Assembly (NCBI GenBank): GCA_965242525.1 | Contig: OZ251459.1 | Location: 2,537,037-2,601,036, forward strand | Source of the DNA: an uncultured Candidatus Binatia bacterium | Lineage (GTDB): Bacteria > Desulfobacterota > Binatia > UBA9968 > JAJDTQ01 | Reading direction: 5' to 3' | Length of the DNA: 64,000 nucleotides | Shown here: in pieces, positions 17,880 through 26,986 of the stretch | Numbering within the stretch: position 1 is the first letter of the stretch | How the letters are laid out: every line of letters starts with the position of its first letter | Program-made: the position numbers and the translations under genes | Notes under the pieces: model-generated | What the model saw: only the letters and a program-made list of their open reading frames with translations | Told to the model about the DNA's origin: nothing | The model's database searches: none

Positions 17880-19352
17880 ATGCTTGACGCCGCTTGGCAG
17901 GGCCTTTCGGGCATACTCGCGCCCGAGCCCATGCTGCTGCTCCTCTTCGGGGTCCTCCTGGGCGTCTGGGGCGGCGCCCTGCCCGGGGTGGGCGGGCCGT
18001 CGCAGCTCGCGGTCCTCCTGCCCTTCGCGATGGTCATGGAGCCCTTCAACGCCATCGCCTTCCTCATCGGCGTCACCACCGTAGGCAACACCGGCAACAC
18101 CTTCACCTCCGTGCTGGTGGCGGTGCCCGGCGGGTCCGGGGCCCAGGCCACGGTGCTGGACGGCTACCCCATGGCCCGCAACGGCGAAGCCGCCCGGGCC
18201 CTGAGCGCCGCCTTCACCGTGTCCATGCTCGGAGGGATCTTCGGCGCCCTGGTGCTCTTCGCTTCCCTGCCGGTGCTGCGCGAGGTCGTTCGCAGCTTCG
18301 GCTCCCCCGAGCTCTTCCTGTTCACCGTCTGGGGCCTCAGCATGCTGGGCGTCATCAGTTCCGGCGCGCCCCTCAAGGGACTCACCGCGGGCATCCTGGG
18401 CGTCCTCCTGTCAACCGTCGGCCAGGACGACAAGTCCGGGGTGATCCGCTTCGATGTGGGGCTGCCCTACCTGTGGGACGGCGTGAGCGTGGTGCTCATC
18501 TCCCTCAGCATCTTCGCCGTCCCGGAGATGATCGCCCTGGCCGGCCGCAAGGGCCGGGTGGCCGAGGTCCAGAAGCTCGGCAGCGGCCTGCTGGAAGGGA
18601 TCCGGGACGCCTTCCGCCACTGGTGGCTCCTGGTCCGGTGCTCGGCCATCGGCGTGTGGGTGGGCGTGTTGCCGGGTCTCGGCAGCGACGTGGCGGACTG
18701 GTTCGCCTACGCCCATGCCCGGCAGACCGAAAGGAACGGCGAGGGCTTCGGCCGGGGCGACGTGCGCGGCGTCATCGCGCCGGAATCGTCCAACAACGCC
18801 AAGGAAGGCGGGGCGCTCATCACTACCCTGGCCTTCGGCATCCCCGGCAGCACCTCCATGGCCTTGCTGCTCATCGCCTTCGTGGCCGTGGGCCTGACCC
18901 CGGGCCCCGAAATGCTCACCGACCAGTTGGGCTTCGTCTTCAGCATCATCTGGGCCCTGGTGTTCTCCCAGATCCTGGCCTCCGGGGTCTGCTGGCTCCT
19001 GGTGAAGCCCGCGGCGCGCATCTGCGTCCTGCCCTTCTACGTGCTCGTGCCGTTCATCGTCGCCCTGGCGTTCCTCAGCGCCTTCGCCGCCAACTTCGAC
19101 ATCGGCGACTTGGTGGCGCTGCTGACCCTCTCGCTGCTGGGCTACCTGCTGAAGGTCTTCGGTTGGCCCCGGGCCCCGGTGGTGCTCGGGTTCGTCCTGG
19201 GCCGCAAGATGGAGCTCTACCTGTGGCTGGCCGTGGCCCGCTACGGCATGGAGTGGGTCTTCCGCCCCGGCGTCGTGGTCCTGTCCCTGCTGGTGCTGGG
19301 GACGCTGCTGTTCCCGCTGGTCAAGGCCCGGCGGGCGGCGCCCGCCCCGTGA
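17880..19352 (+). CDS. tctA: TctA-family large permease
   Basis: 490 aa with the same conserved blocks as 11321..13312 (AVPGGSGAQATVLDGYPM, GDVRGVIAPESSNNAKEGG). Confidence 0.9.
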   Translation: MLDAAWQGLSGILAPEPMLLLLFGVLLGVWGGALPGVGGPSQLAVLLPFAMVMEPFNAIAFLIGVTTVGNTGNTFTSVLVAVPGGSGAQATVLDGYPMARNGEAARALSAAFTVSMLGGIFGALVLFASLPVLREVVRSFGSPELFLFTVWGLSMLGVISSGAPLKGLTAGILGVLLSTVGQDDKSGVIRFDVGLPYLWDGVSVVLISLSIFAVPEMIALAGRKGRVAEVQKLGSGLLEGIRDAFRHWWLLVRCSAIGVWVGVLPGLGSDVADWFAYAHARQTERNGEGFGRGDVRGVIAPESSNNAKEGGALITTLAFGIPGSTSMALLLIAFVAVGLTPGPEMLTDQLGFVFSIIWALVFSQILASGVCWLLVKPAARICVLPFYVLVPFIVALAFLSAFAANFDIGDLVALLTLSLLGYLLKVFGWPRAPVVLGFVLGRKMELYLWLAVARYGMEWVFRPGVVVLSLLVLGTLLFPLVKARRAAPAP

Positions 19353-19363
19353 AGGATGCGTCC

Positions 19364-19846
19364 ATGAGGTTCCGGCCCACGGACATCTTCACCCTCTTCA
19401 TCGGGCTGGCCATCCTGGCGGCCATGATCGCCGCCTGGGACTGGCCCTTGCGGGCGTCCATCATCGTGCTGGTGCTGGGCAGCGCCGGGCTGGTGATGGT
19501 GGCGGCGCAGTTGATCCTGGACCTGGGCCGGAACCGCCGCAAGCCGGCCCCGGAGCCCAGGCTGGCTTTCGAGATCCCCTCGTTCGAAGAGGGCGGTCCC
19601 GAAGCCTTTCCCCGCGGCGCGCTGGAGGTCTGGTGCTGGTTGATCGGCCTGCTGCTGGCCGTATTCGTGGTGGGCCTGCCCGCGGCCCTGGTGCTGTTCG
19701 TCTTCCTCTACATGAAATGCTACGGAGCGGGCTGGCTCCTGTCCCTGGGCATGGCCGCGGCCATCACCGGGTTCGAGTACGGCGTGTACGACCGGATCAT
19801 GCACGTGTACTGGCCGGAAGCGCTCATCTGGCGCCTGTTCGAGTAA
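19364..19846 (+). CDS. TctB-like small membrane subunit
   Basis: 160-aa ORF starting 12 nt after the tctA stop. Four hydrophobic helices. Resembles the C-terminal extension of the fused TctA at 11321. Confidence 0.6.
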   Translation: MRFRPTDIFTLFIGLAILAAMIAAWDWPLRASIIVLVLGSAGLVMVAAQLILDLGRNRRKPAPEPRLAFEIPSFEEGGPEAFPRGALEVWCWLIGLLLAVFVVGLPAALVLFVFLYMKCYGAGWLLSLGMAAAITGFEYGVYDRIMHVYWPEALIWRLFE

Positions 19847-19847
19847 A

Positions 19848-20015
19848 GGAACCCCTGGACCATCGAGACATCCCGGACGGCTTCCCTCACCCCGACCATC
19901 CCGTTCCCGTTCGTCCTGAGCGTAGCGAAGCGGAGTCCCCCCATTCATCCTGAGCGTAGCGAAGCGGAGTCGAAGGACGCTCTCATGCTCTCTGTCCCGA
20001 TTGTTCAGAGGTTCC
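19848..20015 (+). repeat. MITE-like element (168 bp) with terminal inverted repeats
   Basis: Left end ggaacccctggaccatcgagaca (19848-19870), right end tgtcccgattgttcagaggttcc (19993-20015). The interior carries two tandem gtcctgagcgtagcgaagcggag units. Same family as 56818-56991. Confidence 0.75.
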
Positions 20016-20053
20016 CTTAGTTGCGTGTGGGAGTTTTCCTGCCCGCGGGGCGC

Positions 20054-23000
20054 CTACCAGCGCCAGCGGGTGTAGAGCGTGAGGCTGTTGGTCCTGCCGC
20101 CGCCGGCCCGTGTCTCGTGTTGGCCTTCCAGGTCCATGGCCATGGCCTTCCCCAACTTCATCCGGCTGCCCAGACGGTAGCCTCGGCGCCCCGGTCCGCT
20201 GATGGACACGCCGCCGTAGGGGGTCAGCAGGCCCGCGCCTTGGTGGGTCACCACTCCATAGCCCACGTCCAGGTCCAGGCGTTGCGCCGATAGCCCCCGC
20301 GCCGCGTCCTCGGGGTCCACGCCGGCCCGCAACCCCGACGCGCCGCGCCACATCTCCTCCAGTCGGCTCCCCTGCGCGCCCCACACCGGCGCCATGGTGA
20401 ACCACAGCCCTCCGCCGAACTCTCCCGGGTCCAGCCGCAGGGTCACGCTCGCGCCCCATTCGTCGAAGGACGACTCCTCGTGGAGCAGCAGGTACCGGCC
20501 CCGGGCCTCGACACTCAAGCCCAACTCCGTGTCCGCGAACTCCAGGCCGCCACCCAACTCCGCGCCCAGGCCCGTCTCCGCATCGCCGCGGTCCCACCGC
20601 CCACCGATCTCCAGGAACGGCGTCACCTGCGAGACCTCCGAGACCGGCCACTCGGTCCGTCCTTCCAGCATCAGCCGCATCCGTTGGGCATCGCCCGAGG
20701 CCTTCGGCAGCCCCTGTGCGGCGCCGACCTCCAGTCCGGTCAGGAAGGCGTCGGCCTTCATCGCCAGGTCGATCTTCCGCCAGGTGAACAACTCCTGCCG
20801 GGCGCCCACCGAGGCCAACAGCATCTCCAGGTCGGAATCCGCCTTCCCGGCCTCGTCCTCCAGGTCGGTATCGCCCCAGCCCGCGCCCAGCAGACCCCAC
20901 ACGCCCAAGCCGGAACGCGGGGTCCAGTGCACGTAGGGCAGCACGCTGGTCAGGCCCACGTCCACCTTGCCCCTGGTCACTCCGGTGGTCTCGTAGTCCA
21001 CGTCGCCCCAGCTTTGGGCCAGCGCCATGCCCAGCAACACGTCCCGGCGCATGCGGTAGTCGAGGCCCACGTAGCCGGTGAACACGTCGCCGTCCATGGT
21101 GAAGCCGTCCACCGGCCGACCGCCGAACCCGTTGGCCGTGCCCCGGCCCCACAACGTCCAGCCCGTGGTCCGGCCGCCCCGGGACTCCCGGTCGCTCAAC
21201 GGCAGCTCGAACCGGCTCCCGGCCAGTATCCCCGCCGCGGACACCTGCCGCCGGCGCCACGTCCGTCCGTCCGTCCCGGCCCACGGGCCGGCCGCGGCAT
21301 CGAAGTCGCGCCAGACCGCGGAAACTCGCATGGCCGCAGGGTCGTCCCACGCGCCGTTGCCTGCCGCGGACGAGTGGACCTCCACGCCCAGGACCCGCGC
21401 CATGCCGAAGACCATGTCCGCGGCGCCGTCGCGCCCCCCGGGGTCCAGCCGCAGCCGCTGCCCGCCCACGACCGCCTGCGCTTCCGAAGGCGCACCCGTG
21501 AACCGCCCGCCGATGACGTCCACCGCGTCCGTCGCCAGCGTGCGGCCCACTCCCGCCAGCACCATGTGCAGCGCCCGATGGCGCGCGCCCTCCGTGTCGT
21601 CGTCCGTGATCGTCACCGTTCCCGAAGCCGCCTGCGGGTCCGGCTCGGCGTTGGTGGCCTCCGTCAGCCGCACCCGGAACGTCTCCGGGGGCTCCACCCG
21701 CAGGTCGTCCAGGGTCTCCACCCGCAACGTCTTCTCCCGGTCGCCCGGCCGGAACGTCAGGCGCCCGTCCGCAGCGCGGTAGTCCTCCCCCGCCTCGGCC
21801 GTACCGTCCTCCGTGGCCCACCTCACCGTCACCAGGACTTCGGAGGGCTCGTCCAGCACCACCCGCAGCTCCGCAACTTCGCCTTCCACCGCGGTAGCGG
21901 CCCCTGCGGCCCCTATGGTCGAGGCCCTCGTGACCGACGCGATGGCCTTGCGGTAGGGCGTGCCGGTAACCTCGGCGTATTCGTCGCCGTGGCCGTTGGC
22001 GAACATGGGGGTGACGCGCACGGTGTACATGACGCCGGGGTCGAGGTCCTCGATGGTGTAGGTGACCCGGTTGGCGTCGGCGTAGGGGGTAGCCCGGACC
22101 GAGGAGATGGAACGCAGGGCGCTGGCGCGGTCGTCTTCGACGGAGATGCAGGTCCGCCCTTCGGGGACGCATCTGTCTTCCCGGTTCGGGTCGCCGCCGT
22201 ACTCCTGTGCGTCGGACCTCCACTCTACGCGGTAACCGGTCGCGTCGGGGACCCTCAGCCACGATACGTCCAGGCTCCCCGCTCCCGGCGTCACGGACGC
22301 GGTGATCTGGTCCAGCGGCGCGCCGGTGGCCTCGGCAGAGGGGGCGCCTTCGTAGAAGATCCCGAAGTCCGGCTTGACCCGCACGGTGTACGCGACGCCG
22401 GGGGTGAGGCCGGGGATCGTGTAGCTCCTCGTGTTCACGCCGCTCACCACGCGGTGCCGGTCCATGCCGGGGACATCGGAGTAGTCCGACGCAGCCCTGT
22501 AGGTCACGGTGTCGCTCCAGTGTTGCGCGCCGGACCTCCACTGCACCTTGTAGCCCTGGGGTTTGGTGCGCGTCTTCGGGTTCTCGGCGTCCGGCAGGGG
22601 GTCCCAGGCGACCGTCAGTTGTCCCGGCCCGGGCGTTACCCTCACGTTCTGCACCTGCCATTGCCGCGCCTGCTCCACGTCTCCTCCCCACACCGTGACG
22701 CCCCTTCCTCGAAGGGTCGCGATATGGCCGGCGGCGTCGGCGTTCAGGGCCGTAAGGTCGTCCAGCGAGACGTAGTCCCCGGAACCCAATCCCGAGTTGA
22801 GGACCAGCGGCGAGATGTCTTCGACGCCGGTCGCGTCGAGATCGAAATAGTAGATGCTGGTCAGGCCGCTCAACGGCGAGATGTCGCGGAGTCCATGGTT
22901 TTCCTGGAGTGTCAGGCGGGTCAGGGACGTCATCCCCCGGAGCGGCTCGATGTTCGTGATCCGGTTGACGTCGAGGGTTAGCCGATCCAGGCCGGTGAGG

Positions 23001-23536
23001 CCGGCGAGGGGGGTAAGGTCCGAGATCCGGTTGTCGTTGAGGTACAGCCGGGTCAGGCCGGTGAGGCCGGCAAGGGGGCTGAGGTCCGAGATCCGGTTCA
23101 CGGTGAGGCGCAGCAGCCTCAGGCTGGTGAGACCGGCGAGGGGGGTGAGGTCCGAGATCCGATAGCTCGCGTGGAGCGCCAGGGTTTGCAGGTTGGTGAG
23201 ACCGGCGATCGGCGCGAGGTTCTGGATGTCGCCATTTTCGATGGTCAGACTCCTCAGGCCTGTGAGGCCGGCGAGGGGGGTGAGGTCCGAGATGGGGTGA
23301 AACTGGATTATCACGCGGGTCAGCCCGGTGGCGTGCTCCAGTCCCGTCAGATCGTGGATGTGGCCGGCCACGTTGAACCGGTCCGAGAAGGGGCGCTCGA
23401 GATACAGGCAGCTAGTGGGGTTCGCAAAGGTGCAGGTCCTCAGCCCCGCCATGTCCGCATGGGTGATGGTCGCTCCGCTGGCCTTGTTCAGCGCCGCCTC
23501 CACCTTCGCCCGCAAGTTGGCGTCGGGGATGTGCAC
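20054..23536 (-). CDS. LRR / 2x FN3 / Calx-beta passenger fused to an autotransporter beta-barrel; true 5' end unresolved (see poly-C tract)
   Basis: About nine 22-residue LRRs (L.GLT.L..L.L..N.ISDL.PLAGL), two FN3-like modules, a Calx-beta module (EGEVAELRVVL...DYRAADGRLTF...TVTITDDD) and a beta-domain ending ...LYTRWRW. The frame stays open upstream of GTG 23536 and encodes a signal peptide (SLRVLLALWAVAAAVSFAAPAHEA) with no in-frame start codon. Confidence 0.8.
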   Translation of the reverse strand: MHIPDANLRAKVEAALNKASGATITHADMAGLRTCTFANPTSCLYLERPFSDRFNVAGHIHDLTGLEHATGLTRVIIQFHPISDLTPLAGLTGLRSLTIENGDIQNLAPIAGLTNLQTLALHASYRISDLTPLAGLTSLRLLRLTVNRISDLSPLAGLTGLTRLYLNDNRISDLTPLAGLTGLDRLTLDVNRITNIEPLRGMTSLTRLTLQENHGLRDISPLSGLTSIYYFDLDATGVEDISPLVLNSGLGSGDYVSLDDLTALNADAAGHIATLRGRGVTVWGGDVEQARQWQVQNVRVTPGPGQLTVAWDPLPDAENPKTRTKPQGYKVQWRSGAQHWSDTVTYRAASDYSDVPGMDRHRVVSGVNTRSYTIPGLTPGVAYTVRVKPDFGIFYEGAPSAEATGAPLDQITASVTPGAGSLDVSWLRVPDATGYRVEWRSDAQEYGGDPNREDRCVPEGRTCISVEDDRASALRSISSVRATPYADANRVTYTIEDLDPGVMYTVRVTPMFANGHGDEYAEVTGTPYRKAIASVTRASTIGAAGAATAVEGEVAELRVVLDEPSEVLVTVRWATEDGTAEAGEDYRAADGRLTFRPGDREKTLRVETLDDLRVEPPETFRVRLTEATNAEPDPQAASGTVTITDDDTEGARHRALHMVLAGVGRTLATDAVDVIGGRFTGAPSEAQAVVGGQRLRLDPGGRDGAADMVFGMARVLGVEVHSSAAGNGAWDDPAAMRVSAVWRDFDAAAGPWAGTDGRTWRRRQVSAAGILAGSRFELPLSDRESRGGRTTGWTLWGRGTANGFGGRPVDGFTMDGDVFTGYVGLDYRMRRDVLLGMALAQSWGDVDYETTGVTRGKVDVGLTSVLPYVHWTPRSGLGVWGLLGAGWGDTDLEDEAGKADSDLEMLLASVGARQELFTWRKIDLAMKADAFLTGLEVGAAQGLPKASGDAQRMRLMLEGRTEWPVSEVSQVTPFLEIGGRWDRGDAETGLGAELGGGLEFADTELGLSVEARGRYLLLHEESSFDEWGASVTLRLDPGEFGGGLWFTMAPVWGAQGSRLEEMWRGASGLRAGVDPEDAARGLSAQRLDLDVGYGVVTHQGAGLLTPYGGVSISGPGRRGYRLGSRMKLGKAMAMDLEGQHETRAGGGRTNSLTLYTRWRW

Positions 23537-23579
23537 CGGGTCGGTGGGCTGGGCCCCCGCGCCGGTATGCGCCGCGGCC

Positions 23580-23738
23580 TCATGCGCGGGCGCCGCGAAC
23601 GAGACCGCGGCCGCAACGGCCCACAGCGCGAGCAGGACGCGAAGGGAGCACCCTGAGTTTCGACCCGCGGCGGCGCAACCCCTTATCGGGGGGGGGGGGG
23701 GGGGCAGTGCATTCGGAAATCCCTTGCATGGTCGTCAT
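23580..23738 (-). other. ATG-initiated leader reading through the poly-C tract, out of frame with the autotransporter body
   Basis: ATG 23738 is preceded by CGAGGAC. It reads MTTMQGISECTAPPPPPDK... and stops at 23580. Removing one C would join it to the signal peptide frame. Confidence 0.5.
23688..23704. repeat. G17 homopolymer (C17 on the coding strand of the autotransporter gene)
   Basis: Direct count: 3 + 10 + 4 G across nt 23688-23704. Confidence 0.95.
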
Positions 23739-23916
23739 GGCGTCCTCGGCTTGCCGGAGGTTGGTATCCATCGGGTTTGCCCCTCTCCGGTCCGCCTTGG
23801 CCTTCGTCCACCCCGGAACCGGCCGCGAGTCGATGACGGAAAGGGAGACGGAACATAAGGACAACCGTTCACCTTGTCAAGGCCGAAACGCCGCCGCGCC
23901 GCCCGGACCCTATAGT

Positions 23917-24053
23917 GGCTCTTCGGGCTTTCGTGTGGGTAAGGCAGGAGGGAAAGGGAAGCGACAGGGACCACGCCGTCACTGCTCCGCAGCCACCTGC
24001 CCCGTCATTCCCGCAGCCGCCCACTCACGTCATTCCCGCGAAAGCGGGAATCC
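23917..24053 (+). repeat. Second copy of the composite repeat ending in the 27-bp REP unit
   Basis: Aligns with 16305-16414. REP unit at 24027-24053, plus a half unit cgtcattcccgc at 24002-24013. Confidence 0.75.
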
Positions 24054-24159
24054 ATCCGGTTTCCTCGCTCTCGTTGCACAAACCGCTCATACATGGCGCC
24101 CACGGGGTTTGCCCGCAGGATCTGGATTCCCGCCCCCGCTTCCGCGAGGACATGCTTTC

Positions 24160-24252
24160 GGAAACTCTGCACAATTCCGGTTTGAACCCTCTCTCCTGTG
24201 GGAAAACGCGTCCTGAGCGTAGCGAAGCGGAGTCGAAGGACGCGCTCATGCT
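24160..24252 (+). repeat. Truncated MITE-family copy (left TIR-like end plus core)
   Basis: ggaaactctgcacaattccgg ... cgtcctgagcgtagcgaagcggagtcgaaggacgcgctcatgct. No right TIR is present. It overlaps the stop codon of the 24246..25187 CDS. Confidence 0.6.
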
Positions 24253-25187
24253 CCCCCGGAAGATCCCCACAGCTCGTCGATGTAGCCGCTGTCGTCGATC
24301 TCTCGCAGGTGGTGCAGGTCCCACATGGCCAGGGGATTGAAGCCGGCCACCTGCGGGTGGCGCTTGACCGCCAGGGCGAAGACGTTCCGTATGGCGTCGA
24401 GGGTGGGGTAGGGCCGGGGCTCCAGGGAAGCGGCCTGGTCTTCGTAGAAGGCGGCAAGCTCTTCGTCCGACTCGTACTTGTCCCCGCAGTGGGTCCTTAT
24501 GATGTCCAGGGTCTCGTCCCGGCGGGTCTTGAAGAAGTGGACGCCGTCGATGAGCGCGCGGATCAGGGAGCGGACCTCCTCGGGGTGGCCGCGGACGTAG
24601 GTGGTGGTGGTGGTGAGGGTCACGCCCTCGATCATGTCCATGGTCGGGAGATCCAGGAGCCTTGCGTCCATGGCCCGTGCCCGCAGCCGGTCCACCGCGC
24701 GCACGAACGTGGCGTCGTATCGTCCCGACAGGACGCCGCGCACCCGCTCCACCGCGTTCTTGGGGCCGGTCACCAACTCCACGTCCCGCCCTTCCTCGAT
24801 CCCGTGGAGCCTCAGGAACAGCCACACGTTGAGTCCGGTGTGGCCGTCGAAGTCGTCCATGGCCACCCGCTTGCCCTTGAGGTCCTGGAGGCCGTGGATG
24901 CCGTCTCCGGCCACCAGGCAGTTCTCGCGCCACCGGTTGTTGGACTGGGCCACGTGGACGAAGGGCTCCCCGTGCAGGGCCCGGCGCACGTAGAGGTTGT
25001 GGTGGTTCCCGGAGACGACGTCGATGTCGCCGGCCCGCAGCCCCTGCATGGCTTTCCCGCGCATGCCCTCCATGGAACCGAAGTCCATGCGGATCCCGTG
25101 CCGCTCCAGGAACCCTCCCTGCTCCATGACCTTCCACAGGGGCACGTGGCTCGACGCCCGGTAGTAGATGCGCATCCTGCTTGCCAT
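24246..25187 (-). CDS. NMT1/THI5-like (NitT/TauT-type) periplasmic-binding-fold protein without obvious signal peptide
   Basis: 313 aa with alternating beta-alpha pattern and blocks (GDIDVVSGNHHN, KGKRVAMDDFDGHTG) resembling NMT1/SsuA-like binding proteins. Lies 24 nt downstream of the bicupin gene. Confidence 0.6.
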   Translation of the reverse strand: MASRMRIYYRASSHVPLWKVMEQGGFLERHGIRMDFGSMEGMRGKAMQGLRAGDIDVVSGNHHNLYVRRALHGEPFVHVAQSNNRWRENCLVAGDGIHGLQDLKGKRVAMDDFDGHTGLNVWLFLRLHGIEEGRDVELVTGPKNAVERVRGVLSGRYDATFVRAVDRLRARAMDARLLDLPTMDMIEGVTLTTTTTYVRGHPEEVRSLIRALIDGVHFFKTRRDETLDIIRTHCGDKYESDEELAAFYEDQAASLEPRPYPTLDAIRNVFALAVKRHPQVAGFNPLAMWDLHHLREIDDSGYIDELWGSSGGA

Positions 25188-25211
25188 GACGTGGCCTTTC
25201 GCCGGCTCCGG

Positions 25212-26285
25212 TCAGCCCGTGACCGCGGCCATCCTGGACTGCAACCCTTCACGGGCGAGCTCCCGCTCGAAGATCTCGCGGATCCTGGGGTCCTCGTCCT
25301 CGTACTCGATCTGGTCGCCGCCGTCCTTCACGCTCTTGTCCGTGCCGAAGCCCTTCTCCCTCATGGGGAACTTGCGGCTGTTCCAGCGCAGCGCCAGGTA
25401 CCGGGCGGGGACGGCGCCCGAGTTGAAGTGCTGGTGGAACCACATCTCCGGCGGCACGATCACGCTTCGCTCGCCCCAGTCGAACTTCCGGATGTCCGAC
25501 CCGCTTGGCCACATCAGGGAGAACCCCTTGCCGCCGAGGATCACCACGTGGGCCCCGGGCCCGTGGCGGTGCGCCTTCTTGTAGGTGCCCACCGGGAACT
25601 CGGCGATGTGCGCGGTCATGGAGTTCTCGGACAGCTCGACGCCCAGGAACCGGCCGCCCGCGCCCCGGTTCTCGCGCACGTGGAGGTCGATGGACCTTGC
25701 GTCCGCGATGAAGTTCGTATCCCACACCTTGATGGCGCGGAAGTCGTACTGCTCGCCCTTGCCGGAGAAATAGTCCTCGGGGCCGTGGAACCGGTCGTGG
25801 AAGGCGAAGGGGTTGTCGAAGACGAAGTCCGCGTTGTGGAACAGGTTGACGACCAGCGGCGCGGAGGTCACGGCGAAGAAACGCGCGGGCTCCGAGCCGC
25901 TGCCGTTGAAGTGCTGGCGCCAGGTGTTGAGGGGAGGGGAGAACACGCTTCCGGCGCCCCACTCGAAAGTGCTCTTGCGGCCTTCGTCGTTCCACACGGA
26001 GGTGGCCCCGCGTCCGCTCACCACGTAGATCATCTCCTCGAACAGGTAGCGCTGCGCATGGAGGCTCTTGCCCGGAGGGATCTCGCAGACGTAGGAGTCG
26101 TTGCTCTCCCCCGTGCCGATGAGGTTGAGGTACGCCCCCAGCCCGCCCTTCCACTCCCACGGCGCCAGCTCCACCGCGCCGAGGTCCTCCACGTAGAACT
26201 CCCTGAGGACCGGTATGCCCTGGGACGCGACCCACTTCTGGTACGGGGTGCGGCCGCCCAGCTCCGCTCTCTGGCCCTTCAGCAC
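25212..26285 (-). CDS. Bicupin protein (gentisate 1,2-dioxygenase-like fold)
   Basis: 357 aa with two cupin-like halves (...EIPPGKSLHAQRYLFEEMIYVVSGRG... and ...FPVGTYKKAHRHGPGAHVVILGGKG...). Confidence 0.65.
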   Translation of the reverse strand: MLKGQRAELGGRTPYQKWVASQGIPVLREFYVEDLGAVELAPWEWKGGLGAYLNLIGTGESNDSYVCEIPPGKSLHAQRYLFEEMIYVVSGRGATSVWNDEGRKSTFEWGAGSVFSPPLNTWRQHFNGSGSEPARFFAVTSAPLVVNLFHNADFVFDNPFAFHDRFHGPEDYFSGKGEQYDFRAIKVWDTNFIADARSIDLHVRENRGAGGRFLGVELSENSMTAHIAEFPVGTYKKAHRHGPGAHVVILGGKGFSLMWPSGSDIRKFDWGERSVIVPPEMWFHQHFNSGAVPARYLALRWNSRKFPMREKGFGTDKSVKDGGDQIEYEDEDPRIREIFERELAREGLQSRMAAVTG

Positions 26286-26476
26286 GTGGCGCTCCTTTCC
26301 GTCCCGGCAGCACGGCCCATCAGGCCACGGGAACGTCTTGACAACCCCCTATACCTTTGCGGAGTCCAATAAGCAACGCGGGCCGCTTGACTCTGCGTGC
26401 GGGTCTCAATAAGTCAATAAGAGGACAGGCTGGAGAGCGTCCCTCATCGCTCCATGACCCGACGGAGGTTACCCAC

Positions 26477-26890
26477 ATGGCTGACTTGCCCCACAAGGCG
26501 ATACACGAATCCGTTGCGGAACTGCTCGACGAGCTGGCCAACGAGACCGGGCGGCCGGTGTCCTTCGCGGTCCTCGACGCGCACCGGGAACTGCTGCACT
26601 ACACCCGCATGGACGGCGCGCCCTACCGGTCGAGCATACTCTCCCACAACAAGGGCTATTCCGCGCTGTGGTTCGGACGGGACTCGGTGGAGATCGAGAA
26701 GATGGTGGGTGACCGCGGCATCGCCGCCTACGGCGACGCCAACCTCACGTCCATCGGCGGCGGAGTCCTCATCCGGGACCGGGACGGGGCGGTGGCGGGC
26801 GCGGTGGGCGTGAGCGGCCGCACCATGCAGGAGGACATCGACGTGGCCGTCCGGCTGGTGGACAAGATCAAGGCCAGGGCCGGCCTCTGA
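26477..26890 (+). CDS. GlcG/HbpS-like (DUF336) haem-binding family protein
   Basis: 137 aa. ...VLDAHRELLHYTRMDGAP..S...S..KGYSALWF... and GGGVLIRDRDGAVAGAVGVSG are typical of DUF336. GGAGG Shine-Dalgarno before ATG 26477. Confidence 0.75.
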   Translation: MADLPHKAIHESVAELLDELANETGRPVSFAVLDAHRELLHYTRMDGAPYRSSILSHNKGYSALWFGRDSVEIEKMVGDRGIAAYGDANLTSIGGGVLIRDRDGAVAGAVGVSGRTMQEDIDVAVRLVDKIKARAGL

Positions 26891-26986
26891 TGGCGCGGTT
26901 CCGTTTTCGGCGGGTGCGGCGGCCACCGGAGCGGGAACGGGACTCTGACGTTGTGATTCCAGCCGAGGGAGGAGGGAAAAGGCGCT

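Noticed and set aside
23688-23704. Treating the G17 run purely as an assembly or sequencing artefact.
   Set aside because: This is not fully rejected. The tract is flanked on both sides by coherent coding sequence (Shine-Dalgarno plus ATG leader upstream, signal peptide downstream), so a real tract is likely. Only its exact length is in doubt.
26338-26420. TTGACA / TTGACT hexamers and repeated caataag motifs upstream of the glcG-like gene as promoter or operator.
   Set aside because: No convincing -10 element lies at proper spacing, so this is too weak to call.
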